This document shows positions 1-10,526 of a stretch of 64,000 nucleotides of DNA, piece by piece; the stretch's first letter is position 1; each line of letters opens with the position of its first letter. The notes under the pieces were generated by a model. That model was not told the DNA's origin. It was given only the letters and a program-made list of their open reading frames with translations, and did not search any database. Location of the stretch: assembly GCF_003018115.1 (NCBI RefSeq), contig NZ_CP027457.1. One strand, given 5' to 3'. The position numbers and the translations under genes are program-made. This DNA is from Escherichia coli (lineage in GTDB: Bacteria; Pseudomonadota; Gammaproteobacteria; Enterobacterales; Enterobacteriaceae).

Positions 1-215
1 CGGCGCATCTCTGCGACCAGCTTCCTGACCACCGGGCGAACAACATCGAATTGTCCGCGATATTGCAGGGTGGTGTAGTTTGATAGCCAGTCATCCCATT
101 GCGACACTCGGCTAAAATACAGGTCATTTGTCGCCTCGGTTCTGGCTTCATCGCTCGCCATCCAGTCCGCGTCAAACTTACACAGAATGGAATTGAGTCT
201 GTTTTCGTCGGCCAT
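1..215 (-). CDS. Portal protein, N-terminal fragment (P22 gp1-like); gene continues beyond window start
   Basis: Minus-strand translation from ATG at 213-215 reads [63 protein letters not shown], recognised as a P22-type portal N-terminus; ATG abuts the terL stop. Confidence 0.75.
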   Translation of the reverse strand, partial: MADENRLNSILCKFDADWMASDEARTEATNDLYFSRVSQWDDWLSNYTTLQYRGQFDVVRPVVRKLVAEMR

Positions 216-1715
216 TTAAGTTCTCCGTGCGATGGGCCTGATTGGGGCTGGTATCTTTTTCTCTTTTGGTTTTTTGATGTCGCGCATCATTTTGGCGAAG
301 CGGCGCATCATGTATGCATAGCGAACGGCTGAGAGAACGTCGTCGTTAAGCTTGACGATCTTCCCGTTTTCATCACGGTGATAGAGGCGGAATTCCTCAA
401 AGAATGGTTCACAGGTGTTGAATACCTTGAAGCGACCATCTAGCATCATGTCGCGCAATTCAGTGATTCCAGGCTCAACAGCATTACCGCCATCAGGCCA
501 TGTCGCATGCTCCTGCAACATCATAAATCCAGCGTCCGCATACTGCCCTTTGAGCTGCTCACCGCCGCCCTTCTCGTGCTGGTTTCCGTCATGGGGCCAT
601 GCGGTTGGCACTTTATGCGCCCATGGTTTAACGGCTCCCCACGCCTGAACGGCTGTCTTTTCTTTCGCCTTCCACACGCGTGAAAGGTAGATTATGTCTG
701 CGTCCTTATCCCACCAAAGCTGAACCTGCGCCTGTGGGTGATCCCATCCGAAATCCATCCCGCCAATTACGTAGAAGTGATCCGGACACTCGAACGGCTG
801 ACACTTAATCGTCTCTTCCGGTATCTGGAAGATTCGACCGCTACCCATCGTAGGAATACCGCGAGCACGCGCCTCTCTCTCATGCTCGGGATAGGATGCG
901 ATGATTTGCTCTTTTTGCTCGTCGGTGTAGTGCTCAGCGTCGTAGATGGTCATGTTGACCACTTTCTGCGACTTGCTGGGATTCTTCAGGAACTTGGTAA
1001 CAACGTCAGACATCCCCATCAGCGGGGTAAACGTCAGAATTGAGAATTGCCCGTATTTGTTGGTACGGGTAAGGCCTTCGCCATAAATGCTGTATGGTGG
1101 TTCTTCGTCAAACCACACGCCATGGATTGTATCACCCTGCCAGCGAGCACGGCCTTGCGAGTATGGCTTGAAGTAGCAGATTGAAATGCCATCTTCAACG
1201 CCATCAGCCGTGTGATGCTTAACCAGAAGATGATCAACAAGGTTCGGAAAGAAAGGAGACTTCTTCCAGCTAATGATGTCTTCTTTCGGTATGGAACCGT
1301 AGCCAGGCTCATCATTCTCTTCGATACGACCGCACAGGATGCGTTGAGTCGTTTTGGTTACCGTCTCGTTTGTCTCGCCGCCAATCCAGAAGACAACAGG
1401 CTCATAGAAACGCTTACCTTTCCACTCGCCGCCATATTTACCATCAGCAGGATAGCCTTTTGTGCCAGGATAACGCCCTGTAAGGTGAAACGCGACTTCA
1501 GCAGCGCCAGTAAATGACTTACCAAGCTGGTTACCAGCCATAAAACATCGCTCTGGATAGTCATGCCCGGCGTCGATGAACTCACGCTGTTTGCTGTATG
1601 GCGTAAATTCATACAGCAGGTGTGTGTTCCGGTAGTTCTCTTCTTCTTCGAGTAGATCGAGCAATTCGATTTGCTCTTCATCGCTCAGGTTATCAAGAAT
1701 CGCGTCCAGTTCCAC
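216..1715 (-). CDS. Terminase large subunit (P22 gp2-like, 499 aa)
   Basis: 499-aa ORF directly upstream of the portal; length and position match the P22 gene 2 arrangement; overlaps terS end. Confidence 0.85.
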   Translation of the reverse strand: MELDAILDNLSDEEQIELLDLLEEEENYRNTHLLYEFTPYSKQREFIDAGHDYPERCFMAGNQLGKSFTGAAEVAFHLTGRYPGTKGYPADGKYGGEWKGKRFYEPVVFWIGGETNETVTKTTQRILCGRIEENDEPGYGSIPKEDIISWKKSPFFPNLVDHLLVKHHTADGVEDGISICYFKPYSQGRARWQGDTIHGVWFDEEPPYSIYGEGLTRTNKYGQFSILTFTPLMGMSDVVTKFLKNPSKSQKVVNMTIYDAEHYTDEQKEQIIASYPEHEREARARGIPTMGSGRIFQIPEETIKCQPFECPDHFYVIGGMDFGWDHPQAQVQLWWDKDADIIYLSRVWKAKEKTAVQAWGAVKPWAHKVPTAWPHDGNQHEKGGGEQLKGQYADAGFMMLQEHATWPDGGNAVEPGITELRDMMLDGRFKVFNTCEPFFEEFRLYHRDENGKIVKLNDDVLSAVRYAYMMRRFAKMMRDIKKPKEKKIPAPIRPIARRT

Positions 1716-2181
1716 GGTTGAATAGCTCCTTGATACGAGAGCGCCGCTTATCGCGATCTCCCTTATCAGGTGTCACGTCTTCAACTTGCGACTGCTCTTT
1801 GAGGCCCAAATCACGGGCGATGATGTTAGCGTTGAGAAGGTCAGCGGCTGCGCCAGAGAATTTCTGGTCGTAGATGACCTGCTCTGCTCGCGTAACGACT
1901 TCAGATAAATCTTCTCGCAGGCGATATGTGCGCCATGTTTCAAGCGTCACATCAATGAACAGAGTGAGGCCGGTGATGGTCATCGCTCGCATCTTGGCGA
2001 TAGGCTCTTGCATCACTTCCCCCTGATACGAGAACGCCTTCATCTCCCATAGCGGGTTAGCTTCCACCCACTCGAAGTATTCACAACAAGCAGCCCACAG
2101 CGCCTCAGGCGATTCGAATTTAGGGTTTCGCCCATGACTACTGCGGGCCTCCCAAAATCGGTTGCCCTTTGGTGCTGCCAT
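1693..2181 (-). CDS. Terminase small subunit (P22 gp3-like, 162 aa)
   Basis: 162-aa ORF immediately upstream of and overlapping terL; same size and position as P22 gene 3. Confidence 0.7.
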   Translation of the reverse strand: MAAPKGNRFWEARSSHGRNPKFESPEALWAACCEYFEWVEANPLWEMKAFSYQGEVMQEPIAKMRAMTITGLTLFIDVTLETWRTYRLREDLSEVVTRAEQVIYDQKFSGAAADLLNANIIARDLGLKEQSQVEDVTPDKGDRDKRRSRIKELFNRGTGRDS

Positions 2182-2260
2182 ATTGATTATTTCCCTTCTG
2201 CTTGCTTATCCCATTCATCGCGGAATTTGGATGGGTTGTCGAAACCTTGAGTTGCCATGA

Positions 2261-2503
2261 TTATGCTCCGGTGGTGAACAGGTCTAACACTTCCTTCGAT
2301 TTACGTACCGCTTCGATAGTGCGGGTCGTGATATCTGAATTAGCGCCGCCTGACTGGAAGTGAATTTTGAATAGCTCAAGCTTCAGCTCGTCAGTGCCAA
2401 TGAACTGAAATGCTTCTTCTGCGGCTGCGTTCTGGTTCATGACCAGTTTGTAAATCTCTAACTGGAATTTCTGTTCTTCAGTCATGGGAATAATCTCTGC
2501 CAT
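2261..2503 (-). CDS. Hypothetical 80-aa phage protein (orf80-like, upstream of terminase)
   Basis: 80-aa ORF between rha and terS, as in P22-like genomes; no function recognised. Confidence 0.5.
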   Translation of the reverse strand: MAEIIPMTEEQKFQLEIYKLVMNQNAAAEEAFQFIGTDELKLELFKIHFQSGGANSDITTRTIEAVRKSKEVLDLFTTGA

Positions 2504-2712
2504 TGTTGGCTCCGTTTATCCGTTAAAAGGGATATCAGTTAAGTTATCCCGTGCAGGGTATAAGCTATTGTCGAGACCACTCATTGAATGGTCTCTCCAT
2601 CAGTCCGCCACCACAAAGAATCTTTTTTGCCATAAGGCAGGAGGTTCATCTTTCAGTGGCTGCCAGTGTTATTTCCCCACTTACTGGCTTGGGTTGTTTC
2701 GTGGTACTGCCG

Positions 2713-3255
2713 TTAATTGGTGAGTCCGGGGATTACGGTTTGCCCGTGCTGTTCAAGGCGTTCAATTCTCGCCAGTAGCTGAGGCTTCTTAATTTTTCCC
2801 CAGCGATTAAGCAGGCGGCCTGACATGCTGGCAACATCCTTCTCTTTCATGTACTCCAGCATTACGGCATTTCTCTCTTCTTCAAATTGACGATGACCAA
2901 CCTGAAGCATGGCGTACATCCAGTTGAATGCGTTGATGTAAGCAATTTTGATACGCATTGCTTCTTTTTTGGTGTAGGACATAACCAAAAGCATCAACCC
3001 ATCCTTACGTAGCCGATAGAATTTTTGCGGCTTACCATTCTGTAACTCATTGTTTTTATAGCAAAGCTCAAAGTTGAGCTTTGTATCAAACTCAGGAGGG
3101 CAAGCTTCTATGGTTCGCTCAATGTCACGGACTACGTTCTTCGGCAGCTTTCCAAATGCTTTTGCCACCATAAAAGAATCTGTAACCGGATCGTTGTTTG
3201 CTACAAAAATTAGGTCTCTGAAATCTATATCGTTAACAACGGTTGGGTAGTTCAT
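2713..3255 (-). CDS. rha: Rha-family phage regulatory protein
   Basis: 180-aa ORF with motifs typical of the Rha family (KDGLMLLVMSYTKKEAMRIKIAYINAFNWM); sits between lysis cassette and packaging genes. Confidence 0.6.
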   Translation of the reverse strand: MNYPTVVNDIDFRDLIFVANNDPVTDSFMVAKAFGKLPKNVVRDIERTIEACPPEFDTKLNFELCYKNNELQNGKPQKFYRLRKDGLMLLVMSYTKKEAMRIKIAYINAFNWMYAMLQVGHRQFEEERNAVMLEYMKEKDVASMSGRLLNRWGKIKKPQLLARIERLEQHGQTVIPGLTN

Positions 3256-3601
3256 TGCGTCTTTACCTTTTAGAAAGATGAGCCTGTTCGCACAGAAAAG
3301 CCGTCCCCGAGATGGTCGCCACCATATACGGCAATTCTCAGGCTCAGCTTTCTGAAAGACTCGGGATTGTTACGCGCTGCGATGCGCGGTTTACTGCAGA
3401 TGTAAAAAAGCCCCGCTACTGCGAGGCTAAATCCTGGTGTTTGTGATGACTGGCCCTTATCTCAACGCAGCCCCTTACCGCGCGCCAGATGCTCAATATC
3501 AAGCATCAGCAATGAGATGTTTAATCTGGATTCACTCCAGAAGTGATCACCACCCTGTCTACAGAGCCAGATGTGAAGGATGATGAGTAGAATTATCGCT
3601 A

Positions 3602-4039
3602 TCATCGAAGGCATTGCGTCCTGATGTATTCCTGCAGGTAGTTAACCTGCGCGGTTATCCTGTCGATTCCACTTCGGAGACGGTAATAATTGAGTTCAGC
3701 ATCTGCTGTAAGTCTTGGGCTTTCTCCATCGCCCATGCTGCTGGCTCCGGTCGTTGACTTTGCACAGGTGGCGGAGACTTGCAGGCGCTTACGACCAACA
3801 GAAACATCAGCACGGAGACTTTCGATAGTCGCGTTAGCATCAGCAAGCTCCTTTGTGTATCTGGCGTCGAGTTCTGCTACATCACGTTGACGCTTCTGCA
3901 TATCAGCGATGATGGATGTGGCTTTGTCGCGCTGGTCTTTATAGGCGATGGCGTTATCACGGTAATGATTAACAGCCCATGACAGGCAGACGATGATGCA
4001 GATAACCAGAGAGGAGATAATCGCGGTTACTCTGCTCAT
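3602..4039 (-). CDS. Rz: Rz spanin (inner-membrane subunit)
   Basis: 145-aa ORF beginning [30 protein letters not shown] (lambda Rz-like N-terminus), overlapping the endolysin stop. Confidence 0.8.
   Translation of the reverse strand: MSRVTAIISSLVICIIVCLSWAVNHYRDNAIAYKDQRDKATSIIADMQKRQRDVAELDARYTKELADANATIESLRADVSVGRKRLQVSATCAKSTTGASSMGDGESPRLTADAELNYYRLRSGIDRITAQVNYLQEYIRTQCLR
3655..3846 (-). CDS. Rz1: Rz1 spanin (outer-membrane lipoprotein), embedded in Rz in another frame
   Basis: ORF nested inside Rz with signal peptide, lipobox cysteine (LLVVSAC) and proline-rich segment ([13 protein letters not shown]); true start probably an internal Met. Confidence 0.65.
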   Translation of the reverse strand: MLMLTRLSKVSVLMFLLVVSACKSPPPVQSQRPEPAAWAMEKAQDLQQMLNSIITVSEVESTG

Positions 4040-4512
4040 ACCTCAATCTCTCTGACCGTTCCACCTGCTTCTTTGAATTTTGCAATCAGGCTGTCTGCCT
4101 TATGCTCGAACTGACCATAACCAGCCCCCGGCAGTGAAGCCCAGATATTGCTGCAACGGTAGATAGCCTGACGAATATCGCCGCGATCAATCATCGGTAA
4201 AGCGCCACGCTCTTTAATCTGCTGCAGCGCAACAGCATCCTGGCTTTTCGGAGAGAAGTCTTTCAGGCCAAGCTGCTTACGGTAGGCATCCCACCAACGG
4301 GAAAGAAGCTGGTAACGTCCAGCGGCTGTTGATTTGAGTTTGGGGTTTAGCGTGACAAGTTTGCGAGGGTGATCGGAGTAATCAGTGAATAGCTCTCCGC
4401 CAACAATGACGTCATAACCATGATTTCTGGTTTTCTGACGTCCGTTATCAGTTCCCTCTGACCACGCCAGCATATCGAGGAACGCCTTACGTTGATTATT
4501 GATTTCCACCAT
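4036..4512 (-). CDS. R: Endolysin (lambda R-type lytic transglycosylase)
   Basis: 158-aa [42 protein letters not shown]..., recognised as lambda R. Confidence 0.9.
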   Translation of the reverse strand: MVEINNQRKAFLDMLAWSEGTDNGRQKTRNHGYDVIVGGELFTDYSDHPRKLVTLNPKLKSTAAGRYQLLSRWWDAYRKQLGLKDFSPKSQDAVALQQIKERGALPMIDRGDIRQAIYRCSNIWASLPGAGYGQFEHKADSLIAKFKEAGGTVREIEV

Positions 4513-4819
4513 CTTCTACTCCGGCTTTTTTAGCAGCGAAGCGTTTGATAAGCGAACCAATCGAGTCAGTACCGATGTAGCCGATGAACACGCTCGTTAT
4601 ATAAGCGAGATTGCTACTTAGTCCGGCGAAGTCGAGAAGGTCACGAATGAACCAGGCGATAATGGCGCACATCGTTGCGTCGATTACTGTTTTTGTAAAC
4701 GCACCGCCATTATATCTGCCGCGAAGGTACGCCATTGCAAACGCAAGGATTGCCCCGATGCCTTGTTCCTTTGCCGCTAGAATGGCGGCTAACAGGTCAT
4801 GTTTTTCTGGCATCTTCAT
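4496..4819 (-). CDS. S: Holin/antiholin (lambda S-type)
   Basis: 107-aa [37 protein letters not shown]..., recognised as lambda S including the dual-start MKM motif. Confidence 0.9.
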   Translation of the reverse strand: MKMPEKHDLLAAILAAKEQGIGAILAFAMAYLRGRYNGGAFTKTVIDATMCAIIAWFIRDLLDFAGLSSNLAYITSVFIGYIGTDSIGSLIKRFAAKKAGVEDGGNQ

Positions 4820-5225
4820 GTCTTACCCCCAATAAGGGGATTTGCTCTATTTAATTAGGAATAAGGTCGATTACTGATAGAACAAATCCTGGCTACTGTG
4901 TTTAGTAATCAGATTTGTTCGTGACCGATATGCACGGGCAAAACGGCAGGAGGTTGTTAGCGCAGCCTCTTGCCACCCGCTTTCACGAAGGTCATGTGTA
5001 GAAGGCCGCAGCGTAACTATCACTAATGAATTCAGGACAGCCAGTGGCTACGGCTCAGTTTGGGTTGTGCTGTTGCTGGGCGGCGATGACGCCTGTACGC
5101 ATTTGGTGATCCGGTTCTGCTTCCGGTATTCGCTTAATTCAGCACAACGGAAAGAGCACTGACTAACCAGGCTCGCCGACTCTTCACGATTATCGACTCA
5201 ATGCTCTTACCTGCTGTGCAGATAT

Positions 5226-5283
5226 AAAAAATCCCGAAACCGTTATGCAGGCTCTAACTATTACCTGCGAACTGTTTCGGGAT
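5226..5283 (-). terminator. tR'-type terminator of the late leader (6S) RNA
   Basis: Minus strand reads CCCGAAACAGTTCGCAGGTAATAGTTAGAGCCTGCATAACGGTTTCGGGATTTTTT (hairpin plus T-run), matching the lambda tR' context downstream of Q. Confidence 0.7.
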
Positions 5284-5424
5284 TGCATTTTGCAGACCTC
5301 TCAGCCTGCGATGGTTGGAGTTCCAGACGATACGTCGAAGTGACCAACTAGGCGGAATCGGTAGTAAGCGTCGCCTCTTTTTATCTCACTACCACAACGA
5401 GCGAATTAACCCATCGTTGGGTCA

Positions 5425-5453
5425 AATTTACCCAACTTTATTCAATAAGTCAA
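5425..5453 (-). promoter_or_regulatory. Late promoter pR' (-35 TTGACT, 17-bp spacer, -10 TAAATT) with overlapping Q-utilisation (qut) region
   Basis: Minus strand TTGACTTATTGAATAAAGTTGGGTAAATT just downstream of the Q stop. Confidence 0.65.
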
Positions 5454-5495
5454 TATTATGCCGTTAATATGTTGCCATCCGTGGCAATCATGCTG

Positions 5496-6119
5496 CTAAC
5501 GTGTGACCGCGTTAAAAATGTTGTCTGCGATTGACTCTTCCTTGTGGCATTGCACCACCAGAGCGTCATACAGCGGCTTAACAGTGCGTGACCAGGTGGG
5601 TTGGGTAAGGTTTGGGATTAGCATCGTCACAGCGCGATATGCGGCGCTTGCTGGCATCCTTGAATAACCGACGCCTTTGCATCTTCCGCACTCTTTCTCG
5701 ACAACTCTCCCCCACTGCTCTGTTTTTGCTATATCAACCGCACGGCCTGTACCGTGGCAATCTCTGCATCTTGCGCCCGGCGTCGCGGCACTACGGCAAT
5801 AATCCGCATAAGCGAATGTTGCGAGCACTTGCAGCACCTTTGCCTTAGTATTTCCTTCAAGCTTTGCCACACCACGGTATTTCCCCGATACCTTGTGTGC
5901 AAATTGCATCAGATAGTTGATAGCCTTTTGTTTGTCGTTCTGGCTGAGTTCGTGCTTACCACAGAATGCAGCCATGCCGAATCCGGCTTGTGATTGCGCC
6001 ATCCCCATAGCAGCCATCACATCAGTACCGGAAAGAGAGTCAGAAGCCGTGGCCCGTGGTGAGTCGCTCATCATCGGGCTTTTTGGCGAATGAAATTTAG
6101 CTACGCTTTCGAGTCTCAT
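5496..6119 (-). CDS. Q: Late-gene antiterminator Q (lambda Q-type, 207 aa)
   Basis: 207-aa ORF with zinc-binding motif CRDCHGTG...CGRCKG, positioned immediately upstream of pR' and the lysis genes. Confidence 0.85.
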   Translation of the reverse strand: MRLESVAKFHSPKSPMMSDSPRATASDSLSGTDVMAAMGMAQSQAGFGMAAFCGKHELSQNDKQKAINYLMQFAHKVSGKYRGVAKLEGNTKAKVLQVLATFAYADYCRSAATPGARCRDCHGTGRAVDIAKTEQWGRVVEKECGRCKGVGYSRMPASAAYRAVTMLIPNLTQPTWSRTVKPLYDALVVQCHKEESIADNIFNAVTR

Positions 6120-6304
6120 GGTCTTCCCCTCTTGCCCTGTTTGACCATCAGGACGCCGTTAACTATTACGTGACGCTCGCCTTTGCTGTCTCGGTTGTAC
6201 TTGAGCACTGTTCCTCTTGCGCAGGAAAGCATCCTCGCCACTTCGGTCTGATTGCCTCGTGTCTGGATAAGAAGCTCTGGTATCGTTTGAATTGTGGCGT
6301 TCAT
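6116..6304 (-). CDS. ninH: NinH-like protein
   Basis: 62-aa ORF with YGNQTEVARxLxCxRGTVxKY motif resembling lambda NinH; adjacent to Q. Confidence 0.6.
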   Translation of the reverse strand: MNATIQTIPELLIQTRGNQTEVARMLSCARGTVLKYNRDSKGERHVIVNGVLMVKQGKRGRP

Positions 6305-6663
6305 ACGTTCTCCAGTTCGGTGATTTTTATTCCAAGCCTTCCGCCTGGTACTTTCACACCACGAATTACGCGAATGTCATCGAATTGCTCGTCGTCTTCC
6401 GCAAATCCGGCGTGGATAAGGGAGTCGAGTAAACCCTTCAGGATGTTATCGAGGTCGCGGCGGCGGGAGTCTGGAACGTCTGCGATGACTTTGATGCGGA
6501 GTCGTGATTTGGTGAAAATATCTAACTTGAGTTGGCGGATGATTTGCTGAACGTCTTTTCGGTATTTCTGGCCTTTATCGCTGATGTAGTATTGGCTTCC
6601 CCGTCTTCGCCAGTAGGTATTCACCGACGGCGGGTATGGAAGCACAAACCGATATTCATTCAT
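6301..6663 (-). CDS. rusA: RusA-family Holliday junction resolvase
   Basis: 120-aa ORF with RusA signature (PPSVNTYWRRRG...RRRDLDN...GGRLGIKITE). Confidence 0.8.
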   Translation of the reverse strand: MNEYRFVLPYPPSVNTYWRRRGSQYYISDKGQKYRKDVQQIIRQLKLDIFTKSRLRIKVIADVPDSRRRDLDNILKGLLDSLIHAGFAEDDEQFDDIRVIRGVKVPGGRLGIKITELENV

Positions 6664-6950
6664 GACTTAACCTTCCCCTCCTTCAGCAATACCGCCTGCG
6701 TCCTGATCACGCCTTCGAGGTGGTAAAGTCTGGCGTCTTTGTTGTCGAGGTTATGGGTGCGTCGGTCGATTTCATCGTGACACGCGCTACAAGCCCATGC
6801 GCCGATCAGGTCGTCAGGCTTCATTCCCGTTCCGCAAATTCCAGCCATCCGGTAATGTGCCAGAACTGTAGTTTCAGGATTGCCATTGCATACGCCGTAA
6901 ATACGTACCTGGCATTCTCTGCCGCGTGCTTCTTTGCGTAGGTTAGCCAT
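6660..6950 (-). CDS. Cysteine-rich nin-region protein (DUF1364-like)
   Basis: 96-aa ORF with several Cys/His pairs, start/stop overlaps with neighbours. Confidence 0.5.
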   Translation of the reverse strand: MANLRKEARGRECQVRIYGVCNGNPETTVLAHYRMAGICGTGMKPDDLIGAWACSACHDEIDRRTHNLDNKDARLYHLEGVIRTQAVLLKEGKVKS

Positions 6951-7219
6951 TATGGTTCACTCCAGTAATTCTCAATTGCAGCAGCCATTCTCTGCATCCA
7001 CTCAGCCAGCTTTAACGCGGCTTCTCTTTCAGAACCACATTTAGGGAAATCCTTCATTTCCATGCTGGCCTTATATGTTCTGAATGCCAGGTCTCCGGTA
7101 ATAACCAGCTCCTGATCAAGCACCGAGCGTTTATTCCGGTGTTGAACGTAATAGACAGATTCAGTCCGCATTTCTTCTCTGTCTTTTTTGAAGGAAATAA
7201 GCTCAGAGAAATCACTCAT
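6950..7219 (-). CDS. Hypothetical nin-region protein (89 aa)
   Basis: ORF with ATGA start/stop coupling to neighbouring genes. Confidence 0.5.
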   Translation of the reverse strand: MSDFSELISFKKDREEMRTESVYYVQHRNKRSVLDQELVITGDLAFRTYKASMEMKDFPKCGSEREAALKLAEWMQRMAAAIENYWSEP

Positions 7220-7388
7220 CGTCTTCTTCCTCGTACATTGAGCTATTCGGATCGCTCATCAGTTCTGCGCAGCAGTGCTCACATACGTGAACTTCCAGCA
7301 CATGCAGCTTCTGACCGCAGTTAGCGCACGTTAAAGCCCGCTCGACGCTTTCTTTCTGGTATTGAAGGGATTGGGATGGGCTAAGCAT
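7212..7388 (-). CDS. ninF: NinF-like small zinc-ribbon protein (58 aa); absent from the supplied ORF track (below its length cut-off)
   Basis: Hand translation of minus strand: [58 protein letters not shown]; ATG overlaps upstream stop (TAATG) and stop overlaps downstream ATG. Confidence 0.55.
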   Translation of the reverse strand: MLSPSQSLQYQKESVERALTCANCGQKLHVLEVHVCEHCCAELMSDPNSSMYEEEDDE

Positions 7389-7753
7389 TATTGGATTCTC
7401 TGCATCATGAGAAAGACAATCATGGCGGCGCGGAGGGGATTTTCATGTATAACTCGCTTAGATTTACAGTAGGCCACACCGCGTGCACCCCACTCGTCTT
7501 CATCGAGATTGATAATGCTAATCCTGTATTTTTCAATAATCGGCCATGCGTCTGCTGGGTTTGCGCATGGGTTAAAGGATCCGCGCTCAACTTCTACTTC
7601 AACTGCGTCTCCGTTTACAATGTCTCCCTCAAATGAGACAAACACCATATCGCCATTCTCACCTTCTTTGTAATCCGGTGATCCGTTATGAATGGCTTCG
7701 AATACCGCCACGTTAATTTCAAAATCACTTAACTGTGAATAATCCATTGTCAT
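7388..7753 (-). CDS. Hypothetical nin-region protein (about 121 aa from internal Met; ORF extends to 7789)
   Basis: ORF 7388-7789; likely start MTMDYSQ at 7753 overlapping the ninE stop. Confidence 0.5.
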   Translation of the reverse strand: MTMDYSQLSDFEINVAVFEAIHNGSPDYKEGENGDMVFVSFEGDIVNGDAVEVEVERGSFNPCANPADAWPIIEKYRISIINLDEDEWGARGVAYCKSKRVIHENPLRAAMIVFLMMQRIQ

Positions 7754-7926
7754 TTCCTCGCACGATGTCTTAGCCACCGGATATCCCACAGGTGAGCCGT
7801 GTAGTTGAAGGTTTTTACGTCAGATTCTTTTGGGATTGGCTTGCGTTTATTTCTGGAGCGTTTCGTTGGAAGGTATTTGCAGTTTTCGCAGATGATGTCG
7901 GTGATACTTCGTCGCTGTCGTCTCAT
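7750..7926 (-). CDS. ninE: NinE-like protein (58 aa)
   Basis: [51 protein letters not shown]... starting at ATG overlapping the ninB stop; recognised as lambda NinE-like. Confidence 0.5.
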   Translation of the reverse strand: MRRQRRSITDIICENCKYLPTKRSRNKRKPIPKESDVKTFNYTAHLWDIRWLRHRARK

Positions 7927-8333
7927 TCGTACCTCCTGTCGGTAAATCTGACACCCTGACCAATAGCCCACGCTGTTGTGTACTCAATCAGACTTGCCAT
8001 ACGCTTTACACTCATCTGCGCGCTGCTTTCGCGGATGTTGACGTATTCGCCTTCAAGCCCGGGCAAAACATCAGCTTCCTGCTTTGTTGCCACTGCATGA
8101 CCGCTGATCAACAAAACCTTCCATTGTTCTGGTTTTAACCATTTATCGCGCCACTGAACTTGCCTGGCGATATCTGCGACCATCGCGTGAAATTTTGCGT
8201 TCTGGTCAAGATTTCGCTTGTAGTCAGTAATGCGGATGGTGACTGGCTTGTCTTTATCGAGTGGTGTTGCGAGGATGGCATTTATTGCGGCTTGCTGTTG
8301 TTGCTTAGTTCGGAGGAAGATTGTTTGCTTCAC
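7923..8333 (-). CDS. ninB: NinB (Orf-family recombination mediator)
   Basis: 136-aa ORF in the nin region, recognised by similarity to NinB/Orf. Confidence 0.7.
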   Translation of the reverse strand: MKQTIFLRTKQQQQAAINAILATPLDKDKPVTIRITDYKRNLDQNAKFHAMVADIARQVQWRDKWLKPEQWKVLLISGHAVATKQEADVLPGLEGEYVNIRESSAQMSVKRMASLIEYTTAWAIGQGVRFTDRRYE

Positions 8334-8344
8334 TGAATACTCCT

Positions 8345-8536
8345 TTATTTTTTATGCCTGTAACCCCATTCTTCCAGCAACCTTGCGGCGTACCACCCAA
8401 GAAACAAAGGAAAGAACATTACAATGAGATATTCCCCGCCACGGTCAATGTTCGAAATTGACCAGATTACGATGTAACCAGTGCAGGACAGGAATATTAC
8501 AAACCCCAAAAAGCTACTTCGTCGACTCATGCTCAC
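8345..8536 (-). CDS. Small hydrophobic protein (63 aa)
   Basis: ORF with two predicted transmembrane stretches; stop overlaps next gene. Confidence 0.4.
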   Translation of the reverse strand: MSMSRRSSFLGFVIFLSCTGYIVIWSISNIDRGGEYLIVMFFPLFLGWYAARLLEEWGYRHKK

Positions 8537-8853
8537 TCCTTCACTTTGATTCCAGCAGCGCGGATGTTTTCCTCATAAGCATCCATTGCATCACCGAAGC
8601 CATTGGAATAATCAACAGTAAACCCTTTGGCTAAGGCTTCTCTGCTGTCGATAAACTTTGGCGCGGTTATTTCAATAGCTGCTCGCGATGCCTGCCACGT
8701 TTGCCAGTGGCCTTGAACATCGTCCATCACGTATTGACCACCAATATTACCGCTGCCAATTTCATGGTGATTTTCAGGGTAACGGATAAGGTCTGAAGAT
8801 TCGCCCCCACGTCGTAACCAACTCTCTTCAAACTGCTTTCTTGATTCGTCCAT
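8533..8853 (-). CDS. Hypothetical phage protein (106 aa)
   Basis: ORF in operon context between helicase and ninB. Confidence 0.5.
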   Translation of the reverse strand: MDESRKQFEESWLRRGGESSDLIRYPENHHEIGSGNIGGQYVMDDVQGHWQTWQASRAAIEITAPKFIDSREALAKGFTVDYSNGFGDAMDAYEENIRAAGIKVKE

Positions 8854-8870
8854 CGATACTTATCCTCAGT

Positions 8871-9077
8871 TCAACTCACAAAACGCCACGCCATTTTTGC
8901 AACAGCGACAGGCGCAACACCGATAATCACCCACATGAGAGTGCTACCGAAAAGCACACCCACCATGTCTTTACCTTCACCTACCAACCGGATAAAACTG
9001 CTGGCAATCACAATGAACGTCACCACCATCCACGACGCACCGAGAAGCCTCAATGCAGAGAAAATTAACTCAGCCAC
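8871..9077 (-). CDS. Small membrane protein (68 aa)
   Basis: Hydrophobic ORF just downstream of the helicase gene. Confidence 0.4.
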   Translation of the reverse strand: MAELIFSALRLLGASWMVVTFIVIASSFIRLVGEGKDMVGVLFGSTLMWVIIGVAPVAVAKMAWRFVS

Positions 9078-9149
9078 GATTTACTCTCCCCCAAATAAAA
9101 AGGCCTGCGATTACCAGCAGGCCTGTTACAAGCTCAGTGATGTAGATGG

Positions 9150-10526
9150 TCATACGTCAGCCCCTTGTGCATATCGTCTGCCACGCGCAGCAGGTGCATT
9201 TGATGCTGTGCAAATCTGTCTGGCTTCATCCTGGTCACATGCAACAAAGTGTCCGTTACAGAACCGCTGGTAAACCGTACCAAGCGAGCCAAAACGGTTT
9301 TTCGTCACAATGATTTCAGCAAATGGTGCGGCGCTACTGTTCTCGTCATATACCGCTTCCCGATAGAGCATGATGATTGAGTCTGCGTCCTGCTCAATGC
9401 TTCCTGAATCACGCAAATCTGCGTTTGTCGGGCGTTTGTTTGGTCGCTTCTCAACATCGCGCGAAAGCTGACTCAGGGAGATAACAGGCGTTTTCAGGTC
9501 TTTCGCCATCGCCTTCAGGCTTCCGGAGATGTGAGCAATTGCAAGGTCGTTGCGGTCTGCTTTCGGCTTCTCAATCAGGCCAAGATAATCCGCCATGATG
9601 AGTGACAGGTTTGGATTTTCCTGTTTGTGCCGTTCTGCGATTGAGCGTATTTCTTCGACCGATAAACGCGAGGCATCGACTACCCATACATCCAAATCTG
9701 CGAGCTGACTCATGCCGTTAGCAACACGCGCCCAGCCTTCGTCATCCATCGATGCAGGATTTCGCAGTACGCTAACCGACATCCTCCCGGCGTTGGCAAT
9801 GCTTCGCTCTGCAATCTGCAATGCGCTCATTTCCATTGAGAAAATCAATACCCCGCGCCGGACGTCAGAACCAGGAATAACGCGGCTTGCAACGCCTTCG
9901 GCAATCTTCAGCGCCAGTTCGGTTTTCCCCATACCAGGACGAGCGGCGATAATCACCAGGTCTTCCGCGTTCATCCCTCCGGTGATAGCGTCAAGTTCTT
10001 CGATTCCGGTCTTCAGGGTATCTGACTCTTCTCCGTTCCTCAGACGCCTGTCAAGCGTGTCAGTGTAGTCGGTGATGATTTCCCCTAACCGTACCGGTTT
10101 AACCTCGTCACGGGGCTTTCTGATGGCTGAAAGACGCTTTACAAGCTCATCCATCGCCTGACTAGATGCGTCGATGGTTCCGCTCTGAATTGGTTCACGC
10201 ATTTCGTCCATGATTTCCAGCACCAGACGGCGGTGATAGTTATCCGCGACCATTCCGGCATATCCCTTCAGGTTTGCGGCACTCGGGCAGTTTTTGCTGG
10301 TCATCAGGATTGACGTGAAATGCTCCTCTCCGCACGCCTCGGCAACCATCAGCGCGTCGATTAGGTTTCTGTTTCGCGCCTGCTTGCGGATAACCTCGAA
10401 GGCTTTCCGGTAGAGCGGAATTGAAAACGCTTCCGGCTCAAGCGTTGCCAGAACGTCACTGGCGGTTGGAGTTAATCCACCAATCAGCAGGCCACCGATA
10501 ACGCTCGCTTCGATATCCTGTCTCAT
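9150..10526 (-). CDS. Replicative DNA helicase, DnaB family (P22 gene 12-like; replaces lambda P)
   Basis: 458-aa ORF with Walker A (GMGKT) and DnaB-type motifs; start overlaps O stop. Confidence 0.85.
   Translation of the reverse strand: MRQDIEASVIGGLLIGGLTPTASDVLATLEPEAFSIPLYRKAFEVIRKQARNRNLIDALMVAEACGEEHFTSILMTSKNCPSAANLKGYAGMVADNYHRRLVLEIMDEMREPIQSGTIDASSQAMDELVKRLSAIRKPRDEVKPVRLGEIITDYTDTLDRRLRNGEESDTLKTGIEELDAITGGMNAEDLVIIAARPGMGKTELALKIAEGVASRVIPGSDVRRGVLIFSMEMSALQIAERSIANAGRMSVSVLRNPASMDDEGWARVANGMSQLADLDVWVVDASRLSVEEIRSIAERHKQENPNLSLIMADYLGLIEKPKADRNDLAIAHISGSLKAMAKDLKTPVISLSQLSRDVEKRPNKRPTNADLRDSGSIEQDADSIIMLYREAVYDENSSAAPFAEIIVTKNRFGSLGTVYQRFCNGHFVACDQDEARQICTASNAPAARGRRYAQGADV

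Noticed and set aside
99-332. 77-aa plus-strand ORF
   Set aside because: Runs antisense across the terL-portal junction; both minus-strand genes are well supported.
3580-3624. Tiny plus-strand ORF ([14 protein letters not shown]) resembling the Rz N-terminus
   Set aside because: Only 14 codons, opposite strand to the lysis genes, no RBS; probably coincidental or a recombination remnant.
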